This document shows positions 1-8,864 of a stretch of DNA of 34,826 bases, one piece after another. The translations under genes and the position numbers were made by a program. The stretch covers positions 1 to 34,826 of the forward strand of contig CAIPJU010000898.1 in NCBI GenBank assembly GCA_903865465.1, given 5' to 3'. The DNA is from an uncultured Bacteroidota bacterium. GTDB lineage: Bacteria; Bacteroidota; Bacteroidia; Bacteroidales; VadinHA17. A model generated the notes under the pieces. It saw nothing but the letters and a program-made list of their open reading frames with translations. It searched no databases and was not told the DNA's origin. Position 1 is the first letter of the stretch. Every line of letters begins with the position of its first letter.

Positions 1-663
1 AGCCGGTGGGGGTGAGGGCCTGAACTGCGATGCAGAATCCATAACCATGGTTTGCATAGTATTCCAGCACCACTCAACACCATCGAGATAGTCGGGAGGC
101 GTTGGTCTCCATTTACCTGTCTGATTGCTTCCAAGATATTTGGATTTTCCTCGAGACTTAAAATAACCGTCTGCACTCGCCCTTTTCAGAATTACTTTTG
201 AAACTGAATCACCAAAAGCAAGGGACCTGTTATATGCTTCTTCATCGATTGTTGATTTGAAGTCACTATAAACCGATTGTTCATAAGCCGTCAGTGAGTC
301 GACCGAAAAGACCTTCACGTTCCTGACAACATTGAAAAAGGCTTTTGTGGATGCAAGAGTAAAGTCATATTTCTTTCCGGGTTCCGGAACGGGCATCCTG
401 CCAAAGCCTTTTAACTTTTCAGCGATTGAAGGAGCACCATCTTTTTCAAACCTGATGGCCTCATAGGCCGCAAGCGATGTGTAGATATAAAGTCTGCTTG
501 CAACCGGCGGTGTAAACACATCATAAATTATAACCTGAGTGAGTTTGTCGAGGTTATTATGTACAATGTCGGCTCTGTTAATGGTTTTCGGTTTGGCATT
601 TTTGCAGCCTGGAATAATAGTTATGACAAATAATAAGGCTATAAAAAATCTTAGTTGTTTCAT
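1..663 (-). CDS. PAP2-superfamily / vanadium-dependent haloperoxidase-like lipoprotein (N-terminal 221 codons only; the rest lies beyond the window start)
   Basis: ATG at 663-661 opens a frame that stays open to position 1. It is not in the ORF track because no stop lies in the window. The N-terminus MKQLRFFIALLFVITIIPGCKN is a lipoprotein signal with a lipobox Cys. The downstream ...WRPTPPDYLDGVEWCWNTMQTMVMDSASQFRPSPPP matches my memory of the conserved segment of haloperoxidase-like PAP2 proteins, which commonly sit next to FG-GAP/UnbV proteins. It starts 28 bp after the upstream gene's stop on the same strand. Confidence 0.6.
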   Translation of the reverse strand, partial: MKQLRFFIALLFVITIIPGCKNAKPKTINRADIVHNNLDKLTQVIIYDVFTPPVASRLYIYTSLAAYEAIRFEKDGAPSIAEKLKGFGRMPVPEPGKKYDFTLASTKAFFNVVRNVKVFSVDSLTAYEQSVYSDFKSTIDEEAYNRSLAFGDSVSKVILKRASADGYFKSRGKSKYLGSNQTGKWRPTPPDYLDGVEWCWNTMQTMVMDSASQFRPSPPPA

Positions 664-691
664 ATTTCAGTTTTGAGATGAATATACTTTT

Positions 692-3600
692 CTAAAATGC
701 AATATTTCGCTTCTGCCCTTTGGCATTGGTTATGGTAACAGCCTTTACATTACTTCCTGCGGAGAATTCTCTTGCTGACTGAGAAAGAAAGGATGAACCG
801 TTGTAGAATTCCAGTTTTTGATGGCTGCCATCTTTGAATTCAATTTCCCCCGTCACTTCATCGGGTTTTAAAGAGATTAATCCGGGTTTATTCCTTGGTG
901 TGAAGAGTCTCAAAGGACCTCTGTTCTCGGAGGCAGCAATAAGGTAACCATCTTTGGAACTCTTTAATCTGACCAAAGCCTTTCCATTACCGGGAATATA
1001 AATTCCGCTCTCTTCAATTGACAAAGACTGAAATCCTCCTTTCCCATTACCCTTAAGCAGGAGTCCGTTCAGGGCATCGTATCTTCCCGATAAAACGTCG
1101 GTGCTGAAATCATTGGTATTAATTAAAAGATCGAGGTTTCCGTCGCCATCAAAGTCATCGGCAATCATACCGTTCAATGCTGAGAACTGTGCCTGCGATG
1201 GAAGGGCAATCATCGTAAATTTCCCATTACCGTCATTCCTGAACAGACACGATCTCATATCGGTTGCCTTCAGCACATGAGCCTTCTTCAGCTGGGCTTC
1301 GGTGAAGAGGTTATCGATAGTAGATGTTGCATATGATTTATAATTCTGAAATCGCGATCGCATCGAAATCATCTGTTTTACTGCATCATCCCTTCCGAAA
1401 ACGGGAAAGTTTCTTTTTGTGCTATCTTTCTGGCTCGTAGGGAGGTAGAGCGCAGGAAAAGCATCATAGCTTCCGTTGTTGTCGAAATCGGCTGAATAAA
1501 TTGAAGCGGGGTATTTTGTACTCGCCCGGTAATAGGAGTTAAGACCTAAGTTCCCGACAATGTAATCTATATCGCCATCATTATCAAAATCTCCTGGAGA
1601 GATGCTATTCCACCAGCCAGTATGGGTTTCCGTACCGGTCTCCTTCGTTACATTTTTAAATTTACCATTATCATTTTCAAGGAAGGTAAGCGGCATCCAT
1701 TCCCCTGCAAGTATTAGGTCGGGCCATCCGTCATTGTTGAAGTCGGTGAACAGAGCGTCACAAATCATTCCCGCATTTATAAGGTCAGGTGCGATTTCTT
1801 TTGTGACGTCAGTGAATTTAATCTTTCCATTTTGAGAGTCATTCCGGTAGATAAAGCTTGAAACCGGCAGCGGGTAGTTCCATGGGTCAACCCTTCCCGA
1901 AATAAACAGATCGAGATCGCCGTCCTTGTCGTAATCGATGGCTCTCACGCACGCCTTGCTGGTGAAGTTCTTCGGGAGCAGATCAGAAGCTTCCGTGAAA
2001 TTTCCTTTTCCGTCGTTCAGATAGAAATGGTCGCTATAGGCTTTGGAATTATGCTCATTTTCAAATCCACCCGAGAGTATTATAAGATCCAGGTCATTAT
2101 CGCCATCTGCGTCGAAGAGCAGGATTCCCATGTCATCCCATGTTTTGGCAGAGAGATCAGCACTTGTCAGAAGTGCTCTCTGACTGAACTTCCCATCGGG
2201 TGTCTGAAGAAAAATCTGTGCAGAATTGCCCGAAGATCCTCCTGCGATGAAATCATCAAGACCATCGCCATTAATATCCCCGGCAGCCAGAGCCGGTCCG
2301 TATTCCGAAAATTTGTGAGGCAGCAGCTTTTCTATATTGAAATCTACGAAATCTGCCTGTTGATGTTTATAATTTATTCCAAACGTGCTTGTTATGTTTT
2401 TGAAAAGGGCTATTTCAGGCTCACTGGTTTTCTGGGGCCTGCCCTGAGCTGATGCCTCATTTATGCTGGCCGTAATAACCTGGTTTGCCTTGATATTTTT
2501 GAAAACCTGCTTATTTCCCTTCTGCCATTTTATTACGATGGAATCAGCGGAAGTAATAGTGCCAAGGCCAAAATGAGCAAGGTTTTCGGATGTTGAAATA
2601 TAACCCCGGTAGGGAGAATCTTCCCAAAGCTGTCTTCTTCCGCCGCCGTAAAAGATTTCCACTATGGTGCCAAGACCGTTGATATTAAGGGAATCACCAT
2701 GAAGTTTTACTTCAATGTAATTGCTGCCTAAGGGTTTTTTTTCTCTTGAATTATTCCTGTATACCGAGGCTTCATCGTTTATGTTGTTGATAACCAGGTC
2801 AAGGTCTCCGTCATTATCAAGGTCGGCCCAGGCGGCTCCGTTGCTGAAGCTTGGTGCAGATAAACCCCACTTATCCGACATATCCGTGAAAGTCAGATTG
2901 CCATTATTCCTGTAGATATAATTGTGGAGTTTTACTTCGGGGATTTGTTTAAGGATTTCAGCTTTCGGAGTTGTTAGCCATGCTTTATTTCTGAACATGC
3001 CGAAATCGCGGTCGGTAATGTCCCTCGGAAAACCGTTGCCTATAAAGAGATCCTTGTATCCGTCATTATCGAAATCGGCCAGAAGTGAAGTCCAGCTCCA
3101 GTCTGTTCCCTCGATGCCGGCAAAGTAAGATATGTCGCTGAATACCGGATGGTACGAAGAGTCAGCTCCGGGGGCAACTCCCTGGTTTAGCTGGAGAGTA
3201 TTCCTGGTATATTGGTAAACATATCCAAACTGGTCAGAGTTTTGATAAAACTGGTAGCTTGCCGGCAGAAGCATCATCTTTTTTCGGTAGTTATCCCCCG
3301 GATTCATGTCGAGAGTTATGAAATCCTGCAGACCGTCATTATTAATATCCCCAACATCATTGCCCATGGCGCTGCTTGAGCTGTGTTTGAAATATGAAGA
3401 GAGCTTTTCGGAAAAGGTACCGTTATGGTTATTAATCCAGAGGAGGTCGCAGGAAAGGAAGTCGTTGCTGACGTAGATATCTTTCCAGCCATCATTATTT
3501 ATATCGGTGATTGTTGCCTGGTTCCCATAACCTTCGGTCTGAATTCCTGCCTCTTTTGAGACATCGGTGAAAACAGGATGACCCAAAGAGTTATTCCAGT

Positions 3601-4300
3601 CGTTACGGTAAAGCTTTCCTGTGCTTGGGCTTTCACCGTTCTTTAGTACCGGACGGAAAATATAGGGTGAGTTACGATCGATTATTTCGTTAACAGTAAG
3701 ATACATATCGAGATCACCATCGTTATCATAATCAAAAAATGCTGCCTGGGTTGAATGTGAATTATCGTCGAGGCCATACTCCGCTGCCTTATCCTTAAAT
3801 ACCGGTATGTTATTTTTGTCAGCTCCCTGATTAATATAAAGAATATTCTTCCTCATTAGGGGATTGCTCTTTATTGTGGCCGAGAGATAAATATCGGGCC
3901 GGCCGTCATTATTTATATCAACCACTGCAACTCCGCGGCACCATTTACCCTCGCCTCCCACACCTGCCATATCGGTCACATCCATGAAGGTAAAGTTTCC
4001 CTTGTTCAGATACAATTTAGATGAGCCCAGACTCGAGGTAAAGAAGATATCCTGCAGACCATCGTTATTGAAATCACCTATCCCAACGCCGCCTCCGTTA
4101 AATATATTACCATTATCGAGCTGGTTTATGGTATCATTTTCAACTATGGTATTGGAAAAATGGATTCCGGAATGGGAGGATTTTATCTGTTCAAGCAGAG
4201 CCGTTTTATGACTACAGGAAGCAGAAATCAAAATAAGTAACAGTAGGGTAATGAATTTTAGTCTCCTGGAAGAAGTTAACAAGTTCATCGACTTACTCAT
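692..4300 (-). CDS. FG-GAP/VCBS-repeat protein with two ASPIC/UnbV-like domains (CRTAC1-like), lipoprotein
   Basis: Long ORF. I place the start at ATG 4300 (MSKSMNLLTSSRRLKFITLLLLILISASCSHK, lipoprotein signal) rather than the TTG at 4438. Many Ca-binding FG-GAP loops are present: DFNNDGLQDIF, DINNDGRPDIY, DYDNDGDLDMY, DINNDGWKDIY, DFDNDGYKDLF, DLDNDGDLDLV, DADGDNDLDLI, DYDKDGDLDLF, DFDNDGDIDYI, DFDGDGNLDLL. An UnbV/ASPIC-like segment sits mid-protein (IEVKLHGDSLNINGLGTIVEIFYGGGRRQLWEDSPYRGYISTSENLAHFGLG) and a second one at the C-terminus (KLEFYNGSSFLSQSAREFSAG). Confidence 0.9.
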   Translation of the reverse strand: MSKSMNLLTSSRRLKFITLLLLILISASCSHKTALLEQIKSSHSGIHFSNTIVENDTINQLDNGNIFNGGGVGIGDFNNDGLQDIFFTSSLGSSKLYLNKGNFTFMDVTDMAGVGGEGKWCRGVAVVDINNDGRPDIYLSATIKSNPLMRKNILYINQGADKNNIPVFKDKAAEYGLDDNSHSTQAAFFDYDNDGDLDMYLTVNEIIDRNSPYIFRPVLKNGESPSTGKLYRNDWNNSLGHPVFTDVSKEAGIQTEGYGNQATITDINNDGWKDIYVSNDFLSCDLLWINNHNGTFSEKLSSYFKHSSSSAMGNDVGDINNDGLQDFITLDMNPGDNYRKKMMLLPASYQFYQNSDQFGYVYQYTRNTLQLNQGVAPGADSSYHPVFSDISYFAGIEGTDWSWTSLLADFDNDGYKDLFIGNGFPRDITDRDFGMFRNKAWLTTPKAEILKQIPEVKLHNYIYRNNGNLTFTDMSDKWGLSAPSFSNGAAWADLDNDGDLDLVINNINDEASVYRNNSREKKPLGSNYIEVKLHGDSLNINGLGTIVEIFYGGGRRQLWEDSPYRGYISTSENLAHFGLGTITSADSIVIKWQKGNKQVFKNIKANQVITASINEASAQGRPQKTSEPEIALFKNITSTFGINYKHQQADFVDFNIEKLLPHKFSEYGPALAAGDINGDGLDDFIAGGSSGNSAQIFLQTPDGKFSQRALLTSADLSAKTWDDMGILLFDADGDNDLDLIILSGGFENEHNSKAYSDHFYLNDGKGNFTEASDLLPKNFTSKACVRAIDYDKDGDLDLFISGRVDPWNYPLPVSSFIYRNDSQNGKIKFTDVTKEIAPDLINAGMICDALFTDFNNDGWPDLILAGEWMPLTFLENDNGKFKNVTKETGTETHTGWWNSISPGDFDNDGDIDYIVGNLGLNSYYRASTKYPASIYSADFDNNGSYDAFPALYLPTSQKDSTKRNFPVFGRDDAVKQMISMRSRFQNYKSYATSTIDNLFTEAQLKKAHVLKATDMRSCLFRNDGNGKFTMIALPSQAQFSALNGMIADDFDGDGNLDLLINTNDFSTDVLSGRYDALNGLLLKGNGKGGFQSLSIEESGIYIPGNGKALVRLKSSKDGYLIAASENRGPLRLFTPRNKPGLISLKPDEVTGEIEFKDGSHQKLEFYNGSSFLSQSAREFSAGSNVKAVTITNAKGQKRNIAF

Positions 4301-4440
4301 ACAAATATCTGTTTTCGGTAAAAAGGCTAATTCGTGAATGTGAAACAGATAAAACTGGTGTTGGTTCAAATGCCGGTAATTAATTAACTTTTGATATCTC
4401 TTAGATTTTGGTTTTATTTTGCTCAACAGGCAAAACAAAT

Positions 4441-4448
4441 TATCTTTG
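4441..4448 (+). promoter_or_regulatory. candidate Bacteroidota -7 promoter box (TAnnTTTG) for the NAD(P)-binding gene
   Basis: TATCTTTG is an exact match to the TAnnTTTG consensus. It lies 69 bp upstream of ATG 4517 in the divergent intergenic region. Confidence 0.25.
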
Positions 4449-4516
4449 AATGTGTTTCTGTTCCTGTCGGTACATTTCGACAGATTTGGTCAATACGAAT
4501 TTATCAGAATTCAGGA

Positions 4517-5179
4517 ATGAAAATCAATGTAATTATCACAGGAACTACAGGAATGGTGGGAGAGGGCGTCCTCATCGAGGCTCTGTCGCATCCTGAAGTG
4601 GAAAAGGTTCTGGTTGTCAACAGGAAACCATGTGGTGTTTCGCACCCCAAATTAAAGGAAGTTATACATAATGACTTTTTCGATATCGCTCCTATTGCAG
4701 ATCAGTTAAAGGGGTATAACTCATGTTTTTTCTGCCTTGGAGTTACCTCCGTGGGGATTGATAAGTTTGAATACTACAGGTTAACATATACATTGACAAT
4801 GCATTTTGCCGGTGTGCTTTCAGAAATTAATCCCGATATGATTTTCTGTTATATCTCTGGTGCAGGTACCGACAGCACTGAAAAGGGGAGGCTAAACTGG
4901 GCAAGGGTAAAGGGGAAGACAGAAAACGACCTTATGAAACTTCCTTTCAAAAAGGTATTTGCATTTCGTCCGGGTTTTCTGGAACCTACAGAGGGGATGA
5001 AAAACGTACACAGTTATTATAAGAAGATGGCTTTCCTAATGCCGGTTATGAAATTTCTTATTCCTAATAAGTATTCAACCCTTAAGGATATAGGGCTGGC
5101 TATGATCGTTTCGGTAACAAGAGGTTATGAGAAGCAGATTCTTGAAGTCTCAGATATTAAGAAACTTGCAGGAGGTTAG
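4517..5179 (+). CDS. NAD(P)H-binding (atypical SDR / epimerase-like) protein
   Basis: ATG at 4517 gives MKINVIITGTTGMVGEGVL, a Rossmann GxxGxxG motif at the extreme N-terminus. The TTG-initiated extension from 4391 overlaps the divergent gene's leader and looks non-coding. Length is about 220 aa. Confidence 0.8.
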   Translation: MKINVIITGTTGMVGEGVLIEALSHPEVEKVLVVNRKPCGVSHPKLKEVIHNDFFDIAPIADQLKGYNSCFFCLGVTSVGIDKFEYYRLTYTLTMHFAGVLSEINPDMIFCYISGAGTDSTEKGRLNWARVKGKTENDLMKLPFKKVFAFRPGFLEPTEGMKNVHSYYKKMAFLMPVMKFLIPNKYSTLKDIGLAMIVSVTRGYEKQILEVSDIKKLAGG

Positions 5180-5219
5180 AGAGCTTTTGTTTTAAAACTA
5201 TTTAATTAATATTGTTAAT

Positions 5220-5642
5220 ATGAATCCGATGTTTTTCTTAGCTGGATCAGGAATTGCCAACTCAGTGGCCGGAAAATTCAAGTCTGTTTTTAAATGGATA
5301 CTTCTGCTTGTTATTATCCTGATAGGAAGTATGTTTTACTGGAAGTATTATTTTACATACAGTGAGGGTTACAGGGCCGGCTTGCTGCAAAAGTTTTCGA
5401 AGAAGGGCTCCTTCTTTAAGACTTACGAAGGGGAACTTATCCTTAGCAGCGTATCTTCAACACGCGATGTTGCACTGGCATCCGATAAGTTCTACTTCAC
5501 TCTTACCAATAAGAAAATTGTGAGAGAACTGGATACTCTTCAGGGCGATATGGTGATTGTCCATTATAAACAGAAGAATTCATCGGCATTCTGGAGAGGC
5601 GATTCGGAATATCTGGTCGACAGTGTAAAGGTGAAGAGGTGA
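5220..5642 (+). CDS. hypothetical protein with a single N-terminal transmembrane anchor
   Basis: ATG start. A hydrophobic helix (WILLLVIILIGSMFYW) is followed by a soluble domain of about 90 aa. I do not recognise a family. Confidence 0.6.
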   Translation: MNPMFFLAGSGIANSVAGKFKSVFKWILLLVIILIGSMFYWKYYFTYSEGYRAGLLQKFSKKGSFFKTYEGELILSSVSSTRDVALASDKFYFTLTNKKIVRELDTLQGDMVIVHYKQKNSSAFWRGDSEYLVDSVKVKR

Positions 5643-5674
5643 AAACCTGGATTCTTAGGTGTTTAAAGGATTGT

Positions 5675-5713
5675 TTCACAGAGAGAAGCAGAGATTCACG
5701 GAGTAACACGGAG
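5675..5713 (+). repeat. 10-nt-phased intergenic repeat element (ttcacagag / agaagcagag / attcacggag / taacacggag)
   Basis: Four consecutive 9-10 nt units, each ending in (A/G)GAG. They sit in the 90-bp gap between convergent genes. Related copies are at 11835-11873 and, in inverted orientation, 28891-28970. Confidence 0.5.
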
Positions 5714-5732
5714 ATAAAATCTGATTAGCTTT

Positions 5733-6440
5733 TTACTTGTGTTGGTTTAGTTTATACCAGAACAGGGCGACATCGGAATAACAGTAATTCTCTGTTTTAA
5801 AGAGTTTGGCGTTAAAATACTTCTTGGGCTCCATTGCTAAAATGGATTCTTTATCACCTTTTATTCCGTAATTGTAGGCTGTAGCCAGAAACCTTACCTT
5901 TTCCTCTTCGTCCATATAGCTTATTCCATATTTTTTTTCACAAAGGAGAATAAAAGCAACAAGGTATTTCATCTCCCGGGCTGGATCTTCTAATCCGGCA
6001 ACTATATCTTTTCTGAAATCACTTACATCGGAGAATGAAGAGGGATCCCTGAAAGATCCCCGGTCCCTTCTGCTCATTCCCCGGGGCAGCTGCTTTCGTA
6101 AATTCTCAGCGAAGGATGGTTTAATCTGAAATACACCCACCGAGAAGTCAGCGTAGGTATCTCCTAGGTTTATATAGAGGGTCTTCAGCAAGCTAACCTC
6201 CATCTTCTCCCTAAGAGCTGAATACCTGATAAGCTCCGGGAAGATAACAGCTACGGCAACAGGATAGGATATATGGTTTCTTTCTGTAATGACCTTCATC
6301 CATTCCCGGTTATCCTTTTCAAAGCTTATTGCTTTATCCCAGTTATCACCGAAAATCTTAATGAAGTCGATGGTCTGCGAAAAGCCCTGGTTCAGAATAT
6401 CAGCAGCTAAAAGGAGAAAGGTTATTATTAGTTTATTCAC
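5733..6440 (-). CDS. secreted hypothetical protein with lytic-transglycosylase-like (SLT family 1-like) motifs
   Basis: GTG start at 6440, 4 nt after the upstream stop. Signal peptide MNKLIITFLLLAADILNQGFSQ. Three motifs occur in SLT order: PELIRYS (candidate catalytic Glu), GVFQIKP (compare GLMQ) and TAYNYG (compare AYNxG). The spacing is longer than in canonical SLT domains. Confidence 0.6.
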   Translation of the reverse strand: MNKLIITFLLLAADILNQGFSQTIDFIKIFGDNWDKAISFEKDNREWMKVITERNHISYPVAVAVIFPELIRYSALREKMEVSLLKTLYINLGDTYADFSVGVFQIKPSFAENLRKQLPRGMSRRDRGSFRDPSSFSDVSDFRKDIVAGLEDPAREMKYLVAFILLCEKKYGISYMDEEEKVRFLATAYNYGIKGDKESILAMEPKKYFNAKLFKTENYCYSDVALFWYKLNQHK

Positions 6441-6444
6441 TTAA

Positions 6445-7518
6445 TCAGAACGGTATGCGGCATTGCATGATGGCATTCCGTTTTGGTGAGTAATACATGT
6501 AGGCCAGGTAAATATTCTCTCCCGCCTTGACAAGATGCGGGTTAAAGAGCTCACTCATCGTCTTGTCGTCGCTGAAAACCAGATTTCCATAGTTGTATAT
6601 GGCATACTTTGTGTTAGAAGCGTTGACGAAAAGACTCTGGGCTCCAATGAATTCAGGTTTCAGTGTAATAAGAATTTCTCCCTGGAGGTCCACTACCTTA
6701 TTGTAGGAATTCAGTAGGATTTCATCATATTTAATCGAGTTGTTCAGGTTGCCCTGAGTTGTCGATGGATTAACCGCAGCATTGGGGATATTAGTCACAA
6801 GTTTTGGTAACATACCCTGGGCGCCGCCTCCCTGTATCATTTTGTGTTGCATTTGTTGAGAAAATTTCATGGCAAGATCCATCTTCTCCTGGTCGGTCTT
6901 TGCATTTTTCATTGCCTCTTCCATCTTCTTCCCGTCGTCAGCAGTGTTAATGACATTTTCAATCACCTTTGCAGCAAATTTGTCCTTTGCCTTTGAAACC
7001 GAAAAGTCATTTATCTGTCCATAAGGACCATAACTCTTTCCTCCGAATGTAATAAGGTACTTCTCCCCTGAACGGGCGATGTAGGGTTTAAACTTCTGAA
7101 TAAAGTAATCAGTATTTGCTTTGTCATCAGATGGGACATCGAATTTTGCAAGAGCTGGATCACCTTCGTGCAGTGGCCCCTTTGTAAGCCCTTCATTTAT
7201 AATATAGTATTCATTGGTGGTCTGATCTTTTGCCAGTATACTGCCGTCATCCGCGACACTGAGAGTAAGTTCCTTGAAGTCGAGCTTCAGGGAACCTCCA
7301 AGATCAAGGACAAGTTCAGCCTGTTCGCAGGCACATGCAGGATCGGGTTTCACCTCCGATTTGCCTGCCTGACTTACAGCCGGATTGTTGTCAGTTTTTC
7401 CTGTTACCTCTTTTGTTACTGATTTAGCAGCTTTTTTCAGGAAGCCGCCAATCTGCCCATAGGAAAGATTAGTATACAATAAGATAAGAGCCAGTGATAA
7501 AAAAAGTGACTTTTTCAT
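6445..7518 (-). CDS. secreted hypothetical protein
   Basis: ATG at 7518 gives MKKSLFLSLALILLYTNLSYGQ (signal peptide). The ORF-track start at 7539 adds 7 residues before it. A Lys/Met-rich helical middle region is flanked by beta-rich regions. No family recognised. Confidence 0.7.
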   Translation of the reverse strand: MKKSLFLSLALILLYTNLSYGQIGGFLKKAAKSVTKEVTGKTDNNPAVSQAGKSEVKPDPACACEQAELVLDLGGSLKLDFKELTLSVADDGSILAKDQTTNEYYIINEGLTKGPLHEGDPALAKFDVPSDDKANTDYFIQKFKPYIARSGEKYLITFGGKSYGPYGQINDFSVSKAKDKFAAKVIENVINTADDGKKMEEAMKNAKTDQEKMDLAMKFSQQMQHKMIQGGGAQGMLPKLVTNIPNAAVNPSTTQGNLNNSIKYDEILLNSYNKVVDLQGEILITLKPEFIGAQSLFVNASNTKYAIYNYGNLVFSDDKTMSELFNPHLVKAGENIYLAYMYYSPKRNAIMQCRIPF

Positions 7519-7595
7519 AATTTCAGATTTCAGGTTCAATTTTAAAATTAAACATAAAATCCGGAACTAATGTTTTCGAGAAGCCTGAAATTTAA

Positions 7596-8864
7596 TCAGT
7601 TCATCATAATTGTCATTCCGCCGCCTCCGCCATTGCCAAATCTTGGGTTTACGACGTTGTTATAAATTGAACCAAAGGTATAGGAGAATCCAAAGCTTGT
7701 AAAGTACTGGAACTGTGTGGCAAGTTCCTTCCTTCGCAGAAGAACCTCATCGGTTGTTGCACCGCCTTTTACCAGTCCGAGCTGATCGTGAATGAGTGAA
7801 GCCCCGCCACCAAAATTAACCGATAAGCCTTTGGCAATCCTGAGGTTTAAAAATCCGTTAAGCGACAGATTATTTTTGGACCAGTCGTGCAGATAATTAC
7901 TGTAGTTAAGACTGAGATCGATGGTTCCCCATTTCTGAACAACTTCGTAAGCTGCTGAAAAAGAGTGTTGCATATGAAGTTCCCTGGTTTTGTCGTAAAT
8001 GGTTGTGTCAGAATAGACAGCATCGTTGAAACCAATGGTATAGAGAAGCCTGAGCTGCCTTCTTGTCGATTCGGAATAGGGAAAAAGGTCATATTCCAAC
8101 CCCGGCATGAAGACCATTGAAAGTTTGGAATTGTTGTAGGTTGAGGAGCCGGCTGAGATGGATCCACCGTACGACCAATGGTCAGAAATGCTTCTGACAA
8201 TTAAGGCACTTACTGATTTTGATTTGTTGTTGCTGGTAATTATTTCTCCGTCAACATCAAATTTGTCCTGACCATAGTTGTAATTTGCCCTGAGATTTAT
8301 TTTCCACTCCTTTGTAATTCGTGCGGCTGAAATGTTTCCAAAGAAATTATAGGTTTTATACGATTGCTGGCCCTCGAGCCAGCCATTGAGTGCTGCCCTG
8401 TAAACCCAGCTGTTCCACTTATCTGATGAAACAGTTTCTGATAATGGTTCACTGAAACTGATATTCATATATTTAGAAAGTGGTGTCCTGGCCACATAGC
8501 GCATGAGACCCAGTTTTATTCTGGCAACCTGTTTAGTTCTGATCTCATCCTGCGATTCATCAGGGCTTGTAACGAATGATAAGGTGTCGCGCATTCCTGC
8601 ATTTTCATTCTGACCCACGAAAAAGAAGGTGAATTCATTTCCTCCCGAGCCTGTTCTTTGTGTGGTGGAAATAATATAAACGCCTGCATCCTTAATATCC
8701 CTCACATAATTAACAAAAGGAATCTCCTTGCGGATAAAATCAGTGGCATCCATAAATACATTCAGGGCATGTTTTCGTAAGGTATCGGTTTTGCTGCTGT
8801 TCTCCTGTGCATAGGAACTTAAAGATAAAAAGGCCAGGAGAATCAGGATATAGTTTTTTTTCAT
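7596..8864 (-). CDS. putative outer-membrane beta-barrel protein with an N-terminal soluble domain
   Basis: Signal peptide MKKNYILILLAFLSLSSYAQ. The C-terminal ~280 aa show alternating-hydrophobic beta-strand patterns rich in Tyr/Asn/Ser/Gly (INLRANYNYG, WSYGGSISAG, IDLSLNYSNY, FTSFGFSYTFG), typical of OM barrels. Confidence 0.7.
   Translation of the reverse strand: MKKNYILILLAFLSLSSYAQENSSKTDTLRKHALNVFMDATDFIRKEIPFVNYVRDIKDAGVYIISTTQRTGSGGNEFTFFFVGQNENAGMRDTLSFVTSPDESQDEIRTKQVARIKLGLMRYVARTPLSKYMNISFSEPLSETVSSDKWNSWVYRAALNGWLEGQQSYKTYNFFGNISAARITKEWKINLRANYNYGQDKFDVDGEIITSNNKSKSVSALIVRSISDHWSYGGSISAGSSTYNNSKLSMVFMPGLEYDLFPYSESTRRQLRLLYTIGFNDAVYSDTTIYDKTRELHMQHSFSAAYEVVQKWGTIDLSLNYSNYLHDWSKNNLSLNGFLNLRIAKGLSVNFGGGASLIHDQLGLVKGGATTDEVLLRRKELATQFQYFTSFGFSYTFGSIYNNVVNPRFGNGGGGGMTIMMN

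Noticed and set aside
2027-2452. 141-aa plus-strand ORF, and the similar ORFs at 1602-1835, 2721-2915, 2922-3128 and 3984-4211, inside the FG-GAP gene.
   Set aside because: They are antisense to a strongly supported long CDS. Their composition is low-complexity (Ser/Leu/Ile/Arg-rich), typical of shadow ORFs, and they carry no recognisable motifs.
4301-4438. N-terminal 46-codon extension of the FG-GAP ORF (ORF track starts at TTG 4438).
   Set aside because: The extension is initiated by TTG and is basic and low-complexity. It precedes a textbook lipoprotein signal that begins at ATG 4300, and it would overlap the divergent promoter region.
4391-4516. TTG-initiated extension of the NAD(P)-binding ORF.
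   Set aside because: The Rossmann GxxGxxG motif must sit at the extreme N-terminus, and ATG 4517 provides exactly that. The extension overlaps the neighbouring gene's leader.
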